Part shown: positions 34,042 to 49,204 of the stretch, in pieces
Position numbering within the stretch: the first letter of the stretch is position 1
Layout: every line of letters starts with the position of its first letter
Assembly (NCBI GenBank): GCA_050950765.1
Contig: JBMNIF010000002.1
Location: 1,056,001-1,120,000 of the forward strand
Reading direction: 5' to 3'
Length of the DNA: 64,000 nt
Origin: Bdellovibrionota bacterium
GTDB taxonomy: Bacteria > Bdellovibrionota_C > UBA2361 > JAAYZI01
The notes under the pieces: generated by a model
Database searches by the model: none
What the model saw: only the letters and a program-made list of their open reading frames with translations
What the model was told of the DNA's origin: nothing
Made by a program: the position numbers and the translations under genes

Positions 34042-34452
34042 ATGGCTATAAAGTCAAAAAAGATTAAGTTAACATCAAGGGAGCGTACAAAGGCTCGTTT
34101 ACGTAAAAAATTAGTGGGTACTGATGCAAAACCACGCTTGAGTGTTTTTAAGAGTGAGAAACATACGTATGCGCAGTTGATCTCTGATGAAAGTGGTAAG
34201 ACGATCGTTTCTGCTAGCACTTTGGAAGGGGCTGTTGTCGAAAAAATCGCCAAAATAGAGAAGTCTGCCACTCAAAATGATTCTCGGAGCTGCAAAAGTG
34301 TAGCTGCCGCTATTGCGGTTGGCATTACTTTAGCTGAAAGAGCAAAGGCAGCTGGAATTGAGCACCTTGTTTTTGACAGAAATGGCTTTTTATATCATGG
34401 TCGTGTTAAGGCTGTTGCCGATGGCGCGCGTCAGGGTGGAATGGCTTTTTAA
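34042..34452 (+). CDS. rplR: 50S ribosomal protein L18
   Basis: PRLSVFKS, FDRNGFLYHGRV. Confidence 0.97.
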   Translation: MAIKSKKIKLTSRERTKARLRKKLVGTDAKPRLSVFKSEKHTYAQLISDESGKTIVSASTLEGAVVEKIAKIEKSATQNDSRSCKSVAAAIAVGITLAERAKAAGIEHLVFDRNGFLYHGRVKAVADGARQGGMAF

Positions 34453-34482
34453 TTTTGTAGTAATATCGTTGTAAATCGGGGA

Positions 34483-35028
34483 ATGATTTCTATGGATTTA
34501 AAAGAAAAGATACGGATATTGAGGGTTCCTCCTCAGGAGTGCGGTGAGTTAACAGATCACACCGTCTTCATAAATCGTGTTGCTAAAGTAGTAAAGGGCG
34601 GACGGCGCTTTAGTTTCAGTGCTCTAATAGTTTCCGGTGATGGACAGGGGCATGTCGGTTTTGGGATGGGAAAAGCAGGTGAAGTTCCTGAGGCGATCCG
34701 TAAGGGATCTGAGAGAGCCCACGGGAATATGGTTGCGATTCCGATGAGAGGAACAACGGTTCCACACGATGTTCATGCTACTTTTGGACCAACAAAGGTT
34801 GTTATTAAAGCGGCTCCTCCAGGAACGGGAGTTATTGCAGGTTCTGCTATGCGTGCGGTTGCTAACGCCATCGGTATTGCGGATGTTCGTATGAAGTGTA
34901 TCGGTTCGAATAATCCTCAAAATGTTGTCCAAGCTACTTTGATGGCTCTCTTGTCACTCAAGCAGCCCGATCAGATCGCTTCTATGCGTGGGATTTCGTT
35001 GGAAGAGCTGGGGTATAGTCCTTTTTAA
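34483..35028 (+). CDS. rpsE: 30S ribosomal protein S5
   Basis: RVAKVVKGGRRFSF, GTGVIAG. Confidence 0.98.
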   Translation: MISMDLKEKIRILRVPPQECGELTDHTVFINRVAKVVKGGRRFSFSALIVSGDGQGHVGFGMGKAGEVPEAIRKGSERAHGNMVAIPMRGTTVPHDVHATFGPTKVVIKAAPPGTGVIAGSAMRAVANAIGIADVRMKCIGSNNPQNVVQATLMALLSLKQPDQIASMRGISLEELGYSPF

Positions 35029-35046
35029 TTTTATTTGGTGTGTGTG

Positions 35047-35253
35047 ATGAAATTTGATCAAGATCTGCAAGACGAAAAGGTGCTGGTCGTTCAGGTTCGT
35101 AGTGCTATCACGGGAACTTCTGATGTTCGTGGGACTTTGAAAGCATTAGGGCTGGGACGGATCGGTAAGAAAAAAGAACATCTGTTGAATCCGTGTATTT
35201 GGGGCATGCTGCGTAAGGTACATCATTTAGTGCAAGTTACGAAGGTTGCATAA
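35047..35253 (+). CDS. rpmD: 50S ribosomal protein L30
   Basis: QVRSAI, TLKALGL, GMLRKVHHLV; operon position. Confidence 0.93.
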   Translation: MKFDQDLQDEKVLVVQVRSAITGTSDVRGTLKALGLGRIGKKKEHLLNPCIWGMLRKVHHLVQVTKVA

Positions 35254-35273
35254 TTTTATTAAGGTAGATTGAA

Positions 35274-35750
35274 ATGGAGCTGCATACATTAGAGCCGAGT
35301 TTTGGTGCGAACAAAGCTAGAAAAAGGGTGGGACGTGGAAACGCTTCCGGCTCTGGAAGAACGAGTGGTCGTGGTGAGAAGGGACAAAAAGCCAGATCTG
35401 GTGGGAAAATTCGTGCCGGATTTGAAGGCGGGCAGATGCCGTTATATCGTCGCATTCCTAAGACCGGTTTCGTCTCAAAAAAGAAGTTGGCTGGAGTTAA
35501 TATCTACAACGTTGTTAATCTATCTGTCCTTGAAAGTTTTGATGATGGATCTGTTGTGGATCCAGAAGCTTTAATGCTTAGAGGGTACGGTACGAAGTTT
35601 TCTCGTCGTGCTGGCATAAAGATCCTTGGAGCAGGTAAATTAACAAAGAAATTAACAGTCAAGGCAGATGCTTTCTCTGCAGCAGCTAAGGCAAAAATTG
35701 AAGCTTTAGGCGGAACTGCAACTGTAATTGAAGAAGAAGTGGGAAAGTAA
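35274..35750 (+). CDS. rplO: 50S ribosomal protein L15
   Basis: [20 protein letters not shown]. Confidence 0.98.
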   Translation: MELHTLEPSFGANKARKRVGRGNASGSGRTSGRGEKGQKARSGGKIRAGFEGGQMPLYRRIPKTGFVSKKKLAGVNIYNVVNLSVLESFDDGSVVDPEALMLRGYGTKFSRRAGIKILGAGKLTKKLTVKADAFSAAAKAKIEALGGTATVIEEEVGK

Positions 35751-35833
35751 GAGCTTTTTGCGTCGCGGGCGTTTTTATTAATCGAGCGGGGTTGATGTGT
35801 TTCTCTCCTGCGAGCGTGAGGTGAGGGAGATTT

Positions 35834-37202
35834 ATGATTGGTGGACTTGGTAACGTTGGAAAGGTGCCTGAGCTTCGTAATAGGATCCTCTTCACGTTGT
35901 TGATGTTGGCTGTATATAGATTAGGAATCTTTGTTCCTACACCAGGGATTAATGCTGCAGAATTAGCGGCTAGATTTAGTAGAGCAGCAGAAGGTCTCTT
36001 TGGTATGGTCAACCTATTTTCAGGTGGTGCTTTGGAGGACTTCTCCATCTTTACCCTCGGGATCATGCCGTATATTAGCATGTCCATCATTATTCAGTTT
36101 CTTACTCCTGTGATTCCGAGTTTGGAAGCTTTAAAAAAGGAAGGCGCATCCGGACAGAAGATCTTAATGCGTTATACTCGGCAGGGAACGATGATCTTAG
36201 CGTTGCTTCAAGGCTTTATGATCGCTAAAGGGTTGGAGTCTCAATCTGGTTTAGTTTATCCAGGGGTCGGAGGGGTGAAGTTCTATATAACGACGATGCT
36301 CACCCTTACTGCAGGAACGGCGTTTATAATGTGGCTCGGAGAGCAGATTACAGAGCGCGGTATCGGTAACGGTATGAGTATAATTATCTTTGCTGGTATT
36401 GTTGCTAGGATGCCTAGGGCATTTTTTGAAATTATTTCGCGTGCTGCGGATCCAGCTTCCTCCGATGTTACATGGTTTACAGTTTTAATATTATTAGTTT
36501 TTTGTACAGCTACGATTGCAGCTATCGTTTATGTAGAGAGGTCTCAACGGAGGATCCCATTACAATATCCCAGATCTGAGCGGATGTTAGCTAAAGAGAT
36601 CGGTCCAACGCCGTACCTTCCGTTAAAAGTTAACTCTGCTGGTGTTATTCCGCCGATCTTTTGCCTCTGCTATTATGGTTCTTCCTGTTACTATTGGAGC
36701 TCTCTTTATTGGTAGTGAGAGTACTGTCATTCAAGATATTATGTCGTACGTCGCACCAGGGACCGCTACCTATACCGTAATTTACGTTATTTTGATCTTT
36801 ATATTCGCTTATTACTATGTCTCTGTTCAGATGAGCCCTAAAGATATGGCTGATAATCTGAAAAAACAGGGTGCTTTTATCCCCACTGTGAGACCAGGTA
36901 CTCAGACTGCTGATTACCTGTATGGAGTTTTGAATAGATTGACCTTTTGGGGAGCAATTTATATCGCGCTTGTTTGTGTCGTACCTAATTATATCTACAA
37001 GCAGCTCGGTGCTGAGTCTTTGGGATATGTCTTTGGTGGTACTGCTGTTTTGATCGCTGTCGGTGTGACTCTTGATACTGCTTCTCAGATCCAGTCAATA
37101 TTAACTGCTAGGCATTATGAAGCTTTTATGACTAAGAGCGCTAAGGGGAAGATGGGGATGGGTCCATTTAGAGGAACAAAAACAAGGATCTTGAAGCGTT
37201 AG
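35834..37202 (+). CDS. secY: Preprotein translocase SecY, split by one extra T at 36659-36662 (probable sequencing error)
   Basis: SIFTLGIMPYI and GIGNGMS in ORF 35834..36715; FASAI, FIPTVRPG, FGGT in ORF 36642..37202; removing one T restores GVIPPIFASAI. Confidence 0.96.
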
Positions 37203-37243
37203 TGTTTTGATAAGTTTCAGGTTATATAATAAGGTAGACAATA

Positions 37244-37810
37244 ATGAGAGTTATTTTATTAGGTCCTCCGGCTGTTGGAAAGGGAACACAGGCTGCGCTT
37301 TTGGCAAAAAAGTGTGGAGTGCCGCATATCTCTACGGGTGAAATGATGCGCGCTGCAGTGGCTAATCAAACCGAACTAGGGATGCAGTGTAAAGCTTGTA
37401 TGGATAAGGGGGAGTTGGTTCCTGATACTATTGTAGTTGGTATCGTTAAAGATAGGCTTTCGGAGAGAGATTGTGAGAAGGGCTTCATTTTAGATGGCTT
37501 CCCGAGGACGGTTCCGCAGGCAGAGGCGTTAGAGCAGGTTTTAAATGAAATCGGTGTAACAGATCTTAAAGTTGTTGAATTGACAGTAGTCGATGAGATC
37601 TTATTTGAAAGAATTAGAAAACGCCAAGCTTCAGGCGAGGGGCGTTCAGACGACAGTGAAGAAACTTTAAGGCATAGACTTGAAGTTTATAGGGAAGAAA
37701 CTGCCCCTGTAACCGATTTTTATCAGAAAAAGTGTGGTGTAAGACCTGTATCAAGCTTGGGAACTATCGATGAAGTTCATGCTGATATTATGAAGGCTTT
37801 ACAGAAATAG
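37244..37810 (+). CDS. adk: Adenylate kinase (short LID)
   Basis: GPPAVGKGTQ, HISTG, LDGFPR, RSDD. Confidence 0.97.
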   Translation: MRVILLGPPAVGKGTQAALLAKKCGVPHISTGEMMRAAVANQTELGMQCKACMDKGELVPDTIVVGIVKDRLSERDCEKGFILDGFPRTVPQAEALEQVLNEIGVTDLKVVELTVVDEILFERIRKRQASGEGRSDDSEETLRHRLEVYREETAPVTDFYQKKCGVRPVSSLGTIDEVHADIMKALQK

Positions 37811-38097
37811 CTTGAGAGTTTTTATACTGTTTTTATGCGTTGTTTGAGATATTTGTGGAATAATCACCACTTTATTGCGATTTTGTGAGTTTTTTTCTCA
37901 CGGGCTGTTGTGATTATTTTTGAAGACGTGTATTATCCGCCAGCTTGTGTGTGGAGGGTGTCAAGGTAAGAGCCATAGATGTTGGTTCTCGCTTTTTTTA
38001 GATTCCCTTGCGAGATGGCGTGTTTATCGTAAAGTATGAAGTGTTTTGTTCGAGCCAATTCCGAGTTTTCGTGTTTTGGATGTGGTTGGAGGAGATT

Positions 38098-38214
38098 GTG
38101 AAAGTTAGAGCATCGATTAAGCCGATTTGCGAATATTGCAAGGTGATCCGTCGCAGGGGGCGTCTGTTTGTTGTTTGTAGTAGAACAAAAAAACATAAAC
38201 AACGACAAGGATAG
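38098..38214 (+). CDS. rpmJ: 50S ribosomal protein L36
   Basis: GTG start after [23 protein letters not shown]...HKQRQG. Confidence 0.97.
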   Translation: MKVRASIKPICEYCKVIRRRGRLFVVCSRTKKHKQRQG

Positions 38215-38250
38215 TGATTTTTTTCTTAAGTTTTGTAGTGGAGATATAGA

Positions 38251-38637
38251 ATGGCACGTATAGCTGGAGTTGATTTGCCGAGAAATAAACGTATATTGCG
38301 GGCGTTGACGTATATCTATGGAATCGGAATAACTCGTTCACATGAGATCTTAAAAGAAGCTGAAGTGGATGAGGCTCGTCGTTCTGATGAGTTAACCTCT
38401 GATGAGATCGCGCGTATTCGTAGCGTAATAGAGGGTAGTGAGCATAAGGTTGAAGGTGATTTAAGACGTGATGTTCAGATGGCTGTTAAGCGTCTAATGG
38501 ATCTCGGATGTTATCGCGGTTTGCGTCACCGTAAGAAATTGCCAGTTCGTGGACAGAGGACTCGTACAAATGCACGTACAAGGAAGGGACCGCGCAGACA
38601 AGCTATCGCTGGCAAAAAGGCAGCTACGAAGAAATAG
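38251..38637 (+). CDS. rpsM: 30S ribosomal protein S13
   Basis: [27 protein letters not shown]. Confidence 0.99.
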   Translation: MARIAGVDLPRNKRILRALTYIYGIGITRSHEILKEAEVDEARRSDELTSDEIARIRSVIEGSEHKVEGDLRRDVQMAVKRLMDLGCYRGLRHRKKLPVRGQRTRTNARTRKGPRRQAIAGKKAATKK

Positions 38638-38724
38638 TTGCAGATTAGAGTAGAGTTTCTTTTATCTTATTAAAAGAGATATGGTGTGTGTTTGCAAAAT
38701 TAAAGAACATAAGGAGAAATAACT

Positions 38725-39120
38725 TTGGCAGAAGTAAAGACCACAGCAGGTCGTAAGAAAAAAGTTAAAAAGAATATTCCTGTTGGAGTTGCGCATATTT
38801 GTGCTACTTTCAACAATACCATTGTTGCTATTACTGATCCGGTTGGAAACTTAGTTTCATGGGCTAGTGCTGGTTCAAGTGGCTTTAAGGGGTCTAGAAA
38901 GTCGACTCCGTTTGCTGCTCAGGTTGCGGGTGAGACTGCAGCTCAAAAGGCGAAGGAAGTTGGGATGCGTTCAGTTTCAGTGTTGGTTAAAGGACCAGGA
39001 TCTGGTCGTGAGTCAGCATTAAGGGCAATTCATACATCTGGTATTGCCGTTACTTTAATTAAGGATATTACGCCGGTGCCACATAATGGTTGTCGGCCAC
39101 GTAAGAGCAGGAGAGTATAA
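38725..39120 (+). CDS. rpsK: 30S ribosomal protein S11
   Basis: FNNTIV, KSTPFAA, PHNGCRP. Confidence 0.99.
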   Translation: MAEVKTTAGRKKKVKKNIPVGVAHICATFNNTIVAITDPVGNLVSWASAGSSGFKGSRKSTPFAAQVAGETAAQKAKEVGMRSVSVLVKGPGSGRESALRAIHTSGIAVTLIKDITPVPHNGCRPRKSRRV

Positions 39121-39125
39121 GTCGA

Positions 39126-39752
39126 ATGGCTAGGTACATTGGTTCAGTTTGTCGTTTGTGTCGTCGAGAGGGTGAAAAGCTCTTTTTAAAAGGGGAGCGT
39201 TGCTTTACCAGTAAGTGTGCAATTGAGCGTAGAGATGGTGCTCCAGGTCAGCACGGTCATGCTCGTCAATCTCGTTCAGATTATAGGATGCAGCTTAGAG
39301 AGAAGCAGAAAGTTAAACGTATCTACGGTATGCTTGAGAAACAGTTCCGTTCCTATTTTAAGAAGGCTGCTTCTCAAAAAGGTGTGACGGGTACGTTGCT
39401 TTTGCAGAGGTTAGAGTCTCGTCTTGATAGTGTTGCTTTTAAACTTGGCTTTGGATCGTCGCGTAGTCAAGCTCGTCAAAGAGTCTTGCATGGTCACGTC
39501 TTGGTAAATGGTAAGAAGGTGGATATCCCATCTTATCTCGTGTCGGTTGGAGATGTGGTGGAGCTTGTTCCTGAGCTTAAAAAGAATATTGAGGTTGTTG
39601 CTTCTGTTGAGTCTGCTGCAGCACGCTTGGTGTCTGACTGGTTGACCCTTGATAAAGATGCAATGCGCGGAACGGTTAATGCTATACCTACTAGGGAAGC
39701 GCTTTCGCAGTCTATTCAAGAACATTTGATTGTTGAGCTTTACTCTAAGTAA
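39126..39752 (+). CDS. rpsD: 30S ribosomal protein S4 (zinc-binding type)
   Basis: CRLCRRE...C...C, PGQHG, LESRLD, IVELYSK. Confidence 0.99.
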   Translation: MARYIGSVCRLCRREGEKLFLKGERCFTSKCAIERRDGAPGQHGHARQSRSDYRMQLREKQKVKRIYGMLEKQFRSYFKKAASQKGVTGTLLLQRLESRLDSVAFKLGFGSSRSQARQRVLHGHVLVNGKKVDIPSYLVSVGDVVELVPELKKNIEVVASVESAAARLVSDWLTLDKDAMRGTVNAIPTREALSQSIQEHLIVELYSK

Positions 39753-39812
39753 GAGTTTAGAGTAATGGGGGTTTGCGTTAAGAGCAATTTTGAGTGACAA
39801 GAGGAAGGTAAA

Positions 39813-40823
39813 ATGAAGGTAACTCTGCGAGATTTGATGAAACCTAAGAAGATAGAGGTTGATGGAAAAGCTGATGAACATTACGCTAAATTCGTAATTG
39901 AACCGTTGGAGCGTGGATATGGCGTAACGATCGGTAACGCTTTAAGGCGTGTACTTTTATCCTCTCTGCAGGGTGCTGCTATCACTGCTATTAAGATAGA
40001 CGGAGTCTCTCATGAGTTTTCTACGGTACCAGGTGTTGTTGAGGATGTTACGGAAGTAATTCTTAATCTGAAAGAAGTCGTTCCCTATATTGAAGATAAG
40101 GCAGAGACCCATTTAACAATTGATGTGGATGGTCCGTGTAACATCACTGCAGGAATGATTAACTGTGAGATGGGAACGAAGATAATCAATCCTAACAAGC
40201 ATATCGCTACATTGGGGGAAGGATTCCATCTTTCAATTGATATTACGGTTAAAGTCGGAAGAGGCTATGCTATCGCTGATAAAAACCGTGTAGAGGGTGT
40301 TCCAGAGGGAACGATTTTTATTGATTCTGTTTTCTCTCCGGTTAGACGAGTTAATACCGTAGTTTCTAACGCTCGTGTTGGACAACGTACTGATTACGAT
40401 AAACTTGTTTTAGAAGTTTGGACTGACGGTAGTGTAGATCCTCGTGCTGCTGTTGCTCAAGCTGCTCATATCTTAATCGATCAATTAAATCTCTTTATGG
40501 GAGAAGGCTTAATCGTTGAAGAGGAGGAGCCTAAAGAGATAGAGCCGCGTCGTAAATTAAATGAGAACCTTTTCCGTCGTGTTGAAGAGATTGAGCTTAG
40601 TGTACGTAGCGCCAACTGTCTTGAGAATTCTGATATTAAGTATATTGGTGAGCTCGTTCAGAGAACGGAAGGTGAAATGCTTCGTACAAAGAACTTTGGA
40701 CGTAAATCTTTGAATGAGGTTAAAGAGATTCTTGCAGAGATGGGGTTGAGCTTAGGGATGAAGCTTCAGGATTTCCCTTCTCGTGAAGAGCTGGATAAGA
40801 TGAAAGAACCTGTTGAACATTAG
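39813..40823 (+). CDS. rpoA: RNA polymerase alpha subunit
   Basis: [39 protein letters not shown]. Confidence 0.99.
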   Translation: MKVTLRDLMKPKKIEVDGKADEHYAKFVIEPLERGYGVTIGNALRRVLLSSLQGAAITAIKIDGVSHEFSTVPGVVEDVTEVILNLKEVVPYIEDKAETHLTIDVDGPCNITAGMINCEMGTKIINPNKHIATLGEGFHLSIDITVKVGRGYAIADKNRVEGVPEGTIFIDSVFSPVRRVNTVVSNARVGQRTDYDKLVLEVWTDGSVDPRAAVAQAAHILIDQLNLFMGEGLIVEEEEPKEIEPRRKLNENLFRRVEEIELSVRSANCLENSDIKYIGELVQRTEGEMLRTKNFGRKSLNEVKEILAEMGLSLGMKLQDFPSREELDKMKEPVEH

Positions 40824-40832
40824 GAGTTTGTG

Positions 40833-41252
40833 ATGCGTCATAGTAAAGCGTTTCGTAAATTTAATCGTACTCCGTCACATCGTCGTGCGATGTTACGTAA
40901 CTTAGCCACTTCGTTTTTAAAGCACGGAAAGATTAAGACCACTCTACAGAAGGCTAAAGATCTTCGTGGAGTCGTTGAAAAATATATAACTTTGGCCGGT
41001 GAAGATAATTTGCACAATAGAAGGCTTGCTTACAGTTATCTGACGGACAAGGCTGTGGTGCACAAATTGTTTGCTGAGATCGGTCCTAAATATAAGACCC
41101 GTCCAGGTGGGTACACCCGTATCTTAAAACTTGATAGACGTGCGGGGGATGCTGCAAAGATGGCTTTTATTATGTTGGTAGAAGAAGATTATCAACCTAA
41201 AGTTAAGAGAGAGCGTAATATCTCTGAAACTGCTCCAGAAGCGGTTGCTTAA
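40833..41252 (+). CDS. rplQ: 50S ribosomal protein L17
   Basis: MRH, HRRAMLRN, RPGGYTRI. Confidence 0.99.
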   Translation: MRHSKAFRKFNRTPSHRRAMLRNLATSFLKHGKIKTTLQKAKDLRGVVEKYITLAGEDNLHNRRLAYSYLTDKAVVHKLFAEIGPKYKTRPGGYTRILKLDRRAGDAAKMAFIMLVEEDYQPKVKRERNISETAPEAVA

Positions 41253-41277
41253 TTTTATTGCTTGCAATTTTTATCTT

Positions 41278-41305
41278 AACAAACGCGGCTTCTGCCGCGT
41301 TTGTT
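41278..41305 (+). terminator. Terminator hairpin at the end of the alpha operon
   Basis: AACAAACGCGGC-TTCT-GCCGCGTTTGTT perfect inverted repeat. Confidence 0.8.
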
Positions 41306-41377
41306 GATCTTAGTCGTGTGATTTTTTATCTTTTTATATTGTTATAAACGGTATAAGTTAAAGTCGTTGATTGATAA

Positions 41378-41731
41378 TTGGCGATCGTTTTTATGGATCT
41401 TATTGAACTATTAGAGTTTGCTAGGAGTATTATCACCTCGGATCTCTCTTCGACTGATGATCTATTGCCGGTGATAGAAAAGTATTCACTTGAAATTGAT
41501 AATTGGGTGGTAAAAAATAGTGAGAGATTGCAAGGTGGGATAGATCCGAAAGAGAAGGAGCTTCTTGCACAGTTATTCGCCATGCACGAGGAGATAGTAG
41601 ATCAGACTGCACTTTTAATGGGGGAGACCTCTGAAGCTATAAAAAAATTTAAAGAACGTTCAAAAGCTATCAAAGCTTACGCTGGAGTAACTTCTGAGAG
41701 GATTAGTGTTTATAGACCTAAAAAGGGATAA
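41378..41731 (+). CDS. Hypothetical helical protein
   Basis: 117 aa ORF directly upstream of lptE; no motif recognised. Confidence 0.6.
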   Translation: MAIVFMDLIELLEFARSIITSDLSSTDDLLPVIEKYSLEIDNWVVKNSERLQGGIDPKEKELLAQLFAMHEEIVDQTALLMGETSEAIKKFKERSKAIKAYAGVTSERISVYRPKKG

Positions 41732-41737
41732 TTGATC

Positions 41738-42331
41738 ATGAAAAGAGTTCTGTTTGCTTTACTGTGCGCTTTAATGTGTTTTACCTCTGCTTGCGGATAT
41801 ACTTTCGTAGGTGGCGGTAGTGTTTTGCCTGCTGATGTGAAACGTATCTACATCCCCCTTACAGAAAATGAAACAACAGAAGCGAATCTTGCTAGAATAG
41901 TTACGGAAGCTTTACAAGATAGGTTTGAAAGGTATGGGGTTGTTGAAGTTGTTGATAAAATGACAGAGGCTGATGCCGTTCTGAAAACTAAAATTATTTC
42001 TGTAACTAAAGATACAAAAACCAGCACTTCCGGTACGGATACAGCGTTGCAGTACGATATAAAGATGGTTATTTCGGCAGAGTTGCAGAGAGTGACAGGG
42101 CAGATCTTGTGGAGTAATCGTGCGATCTCGGCAGCTCAAACTTATGGTGCCACCGGCTCTGTGGTTGTAACAAGTTCTGCTGATTTCGCTTTAAGTTCAT
42201 TAAGTGCGTCTGACCTTTCTGGGATGAGTAGCCGTGAAGTTGCGCGTAGTCAAGAATCTGAAGCGTTGGATGCTATGGCAGAGAAAGTTGCTCGTGCTGT
42301 ATACGATCAAGCAGTGGCTCCTGAGTTTTAA
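41738..42331 (+). CDS. lptE: LptE-family LPS assembly lipoprotein
   Basis: Lipobox TSAC-GY; LP.DVKRIYIP..EN.T.E, ADAVL pattern. Confidence 0.75.
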   Translation: MKRVLFALLCALMCFTSACGYTFVGGGSVLPADVKRIYIPLTENETTEANLARIVTEALQDRFERYGVVEVVDKMTEADAVLKTKIISVTKDTKTSTSGTDTALQYDIKMVISAELQRVTGQILWSNRAISAAQTYGATGSVVVTSSADFALSSLSASDLSGMSSREVARSQESEALDAMAEKVARAVYDQAVAPEF

Positions 42332-42393
42332 AAAAGCAGATACGAGAGGAGATAAATTAAAAAGTGTGTGAACAAAAATTCATTCACTACTGT

Positions 42394-42422
42394 TTGTTAT
42401 GTTGAAATTGTTGTGTTATACT
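42394..42422 (+). promoter_or_regulatory. Putative rRNA operon promoter P1
   Basis: TTGTTA-17 bp-TATACT with TG extended -10. Confidence 0.45.
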
Positions 42423-42481
42423 AGCACATCTTGTGAGATAAAGTTTTTCGCATAAAAATCTTATAAAGTATCTCTATGCGC

Positions 42482-42509
42482 TTGACTTTGAAGTGTAAAT
42501 ACATATTAT
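42482..42509 (+). promoter_or_regulatory. Putative rRNA operon promoter P2
   Basis: TTGACT-16 bp-TATTAT. Confidence 0.55.
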
Positions 42510-42844
42510 ACACCAACCTTAATTGAGACGAGCTTAAGAGGCTTATTAGAGAGAGTTTAGGAACCTGAGGGCGTAAGCCTTGAGGGTTTTTGCGCTCTGC
42601 GACTGGTTTTTTGAGTAGTTTTGAGTTAGGGTTTTAAGACAATACGGATATGGGTAGAAGCTGTAATGATTACTGTTTAGGAAAAACGGTAGTGTACAAT
42701 GAGTAGATCAAAGAGATTTCTTTGAGTAGCGCTTTGTGGGTAAAGCTAGTTGGTATGAAAGTACTAACTGATAAGAGCGACGAATTGAATTTAGGGTTAA
42801 GAGTTTACGAATTGGTGTACGACCAAGAGTAGCAGATTTTTAAT

Positions 42845-44365
<1,521 letters not shown>

Positions 44366-45051
44366 TAAGGAGAGATGCGAAGATGTATTGACGAGAGTCG
44401 ATGTATTTTTGCACGCCCTAAGATATGCAAGAGGTTCAATTTGTGAATGACGATGGAGTCAATTTACTCTGAAGTGTGAATGAAGAGATCTCTTTGATCA
44501 CCTGCTACGCGAGTTGGCACGAGAGTTTTTGTTTAGATGGTGAGAGTTACAGTTTCTATCGATATCCGTTAGGGGGTATAACAATTAGGTAAGAGTAGAA
44601 GTGGTGATACTGCGTGTTGACCTTGTGGGAGTCGATGAGTCGGCTTTAGCGAGAGTTAACAACGAGGGCGAAAACACTATCAAGGTATTTTTTCGACCTG
44701 ATTCGGAATTTTTTCGAATAGTGCTTTAAGAAAAAAGTGCTTTAGGAAAAGTACATGATTTGGAGCTGTAAAAAGTTTTTCCGAGTCGGTATTTTTTCGA
44801 CGGGTGCATAAGGAAAAAAGTACGTAAGGAAAAAAATGTCTGATAGAGTTTTTAAGAAATGTAAAAAAGTTAAATGTAAACTAAATAATTGAAAGCCTGT
44901 TTATATGTTTTTTTTAGAACGTATGAACGGAGAAAGATTTCATTGAACCAATAGTAGAGTTTTTGCCGTTAATTATTTAGCGGTGAAGATTATGAATTTT
45001 CTCGAGCGCGACGAGTTCAGAGTAATCTGGAATCGGAGCTCATAAGATATC

Positions 45052-48175
<3,124 letters not shown>

Positions 48176-48581
48176 TTTCTTTTCTTTTTTTAATTTAATT
48201 TAAAGAGGGAAGAATGAGTAAGATAATATAATGAGCGAAGATTGGTATTATGACTGATGATACCGTGCTGTGTTAATGTTTCACCTTTTAGAGGTTGGAA
48301 CGAGAGTAGCAAACGCAGTCACGTTATCAGCAGACATGTACTGCTAATCGCGTTCGAGAAAGTTTATAATGTAATGATGCTATTGGTAATGTTATTACGA
48401 GATAGTTTATGAAAGATAGTTTATGAAATATTTTATAGGATAATTTATTTATAAGATAATTATAAGGTACGTTTCTTAAGAGAGAGTTTTTGTTTTTGTT
48501 AGCAGTATCACAACTTTTACCTTGTTGTTTATTATTAGGTTATTTAAGGGGCTAGTTAGTTAGAGGCTAATTAAGCTAGGT

Positions 48582-49050
48582 AGAAAGTCACTGCGAAAGT
48601 AAGTGCACAGGAACTAGATACGTAGAGTGTGTATTTACTTTCTTGGTGACTATAGTGGAGAGGCGTTCCCATCCCGCAGGTTGTCTGCTATGTCAACTTG
48701 GCAGAGCCAAGATTGACATGACGCGCAAGGTGTTCGGGATGAGGTTTTGGTAGTTGGCAGGTTAGTTAAGAAAGTCACTGCGAAAGTAAGTGCACAAACT
48801 AGATACATAGAGGTGTATTTACTTTCTTGGTGACTATAGTGGAGAGGCGTTCCCATCCCGCAGGTTGTCTGCTATGTCAACTTGGCAGAGGCCAAGATTG
48901 ACATGACGCGCAGGTGTTCGGGATGAGGTTTTGGTAGTTGGCAGGTTAGTAAGAAAGTCACTGCGAAAGTAAGTGCACAAACTAGATACATAGAGGTGTA
49001 TTTACTTTCATGGTGACTATAGTGGAGAGGTTCCACCCGTTCCCATCCCG
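48582..49050 (+). repeat. ~185 bp tandem repeat (2.5 copies) containing 5S rRNA 5' fragments
   Basis: Units start at 48582, 48769 and 48952 (AGAAAGTCACTGCG); the third runs into the intact 5S. Confidence 0.92.
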
Positions 49051-49118
49051 AACACGGTCGTTAAGCTCTCCTACGCCGATGATACTGGAACTACCGGGAA
49101 AGTAGGAAATTGCCAAGA
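49008..49118 (+). rRNA. rrf: 5S rRNA
   Basis: CCCATCCCGAACACGG, GCCGATGATAC, GGAAAGTAGG; ends pair as helix I. Confidence 0.96.
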
Positions 49119-49123
49119 TTTAT

Positions 49124-49159
49124 GGGTTTCTAAGCAGAGATGTTTAGAAACCCTTTTTT
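49124..49159 (+). terminator. rRNA operon terminator
   Basis: GGGTTTCTAAGCA-GAGA-TGTTTAGAAACCC followed by TTTTTT. Confidence 0.85.
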
Positions 49160-49204
49160 CATCTCCGTTCTTCAGGAGCTTTATCATTAGGGGGCTGTGC
49201 TTTA

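Noticed and set aside
35834..37202. secY pseudogene or programmed frameshift
   Set aside because: Essential gene, otherwise intact; a single extra base in a T run with no slippery heptamer
21841..41252. Antisense and alternate-frame ORFs across the ribosomal protein cluster
   Set aside because: Fully overlap well-supported genes; expected from codon bias
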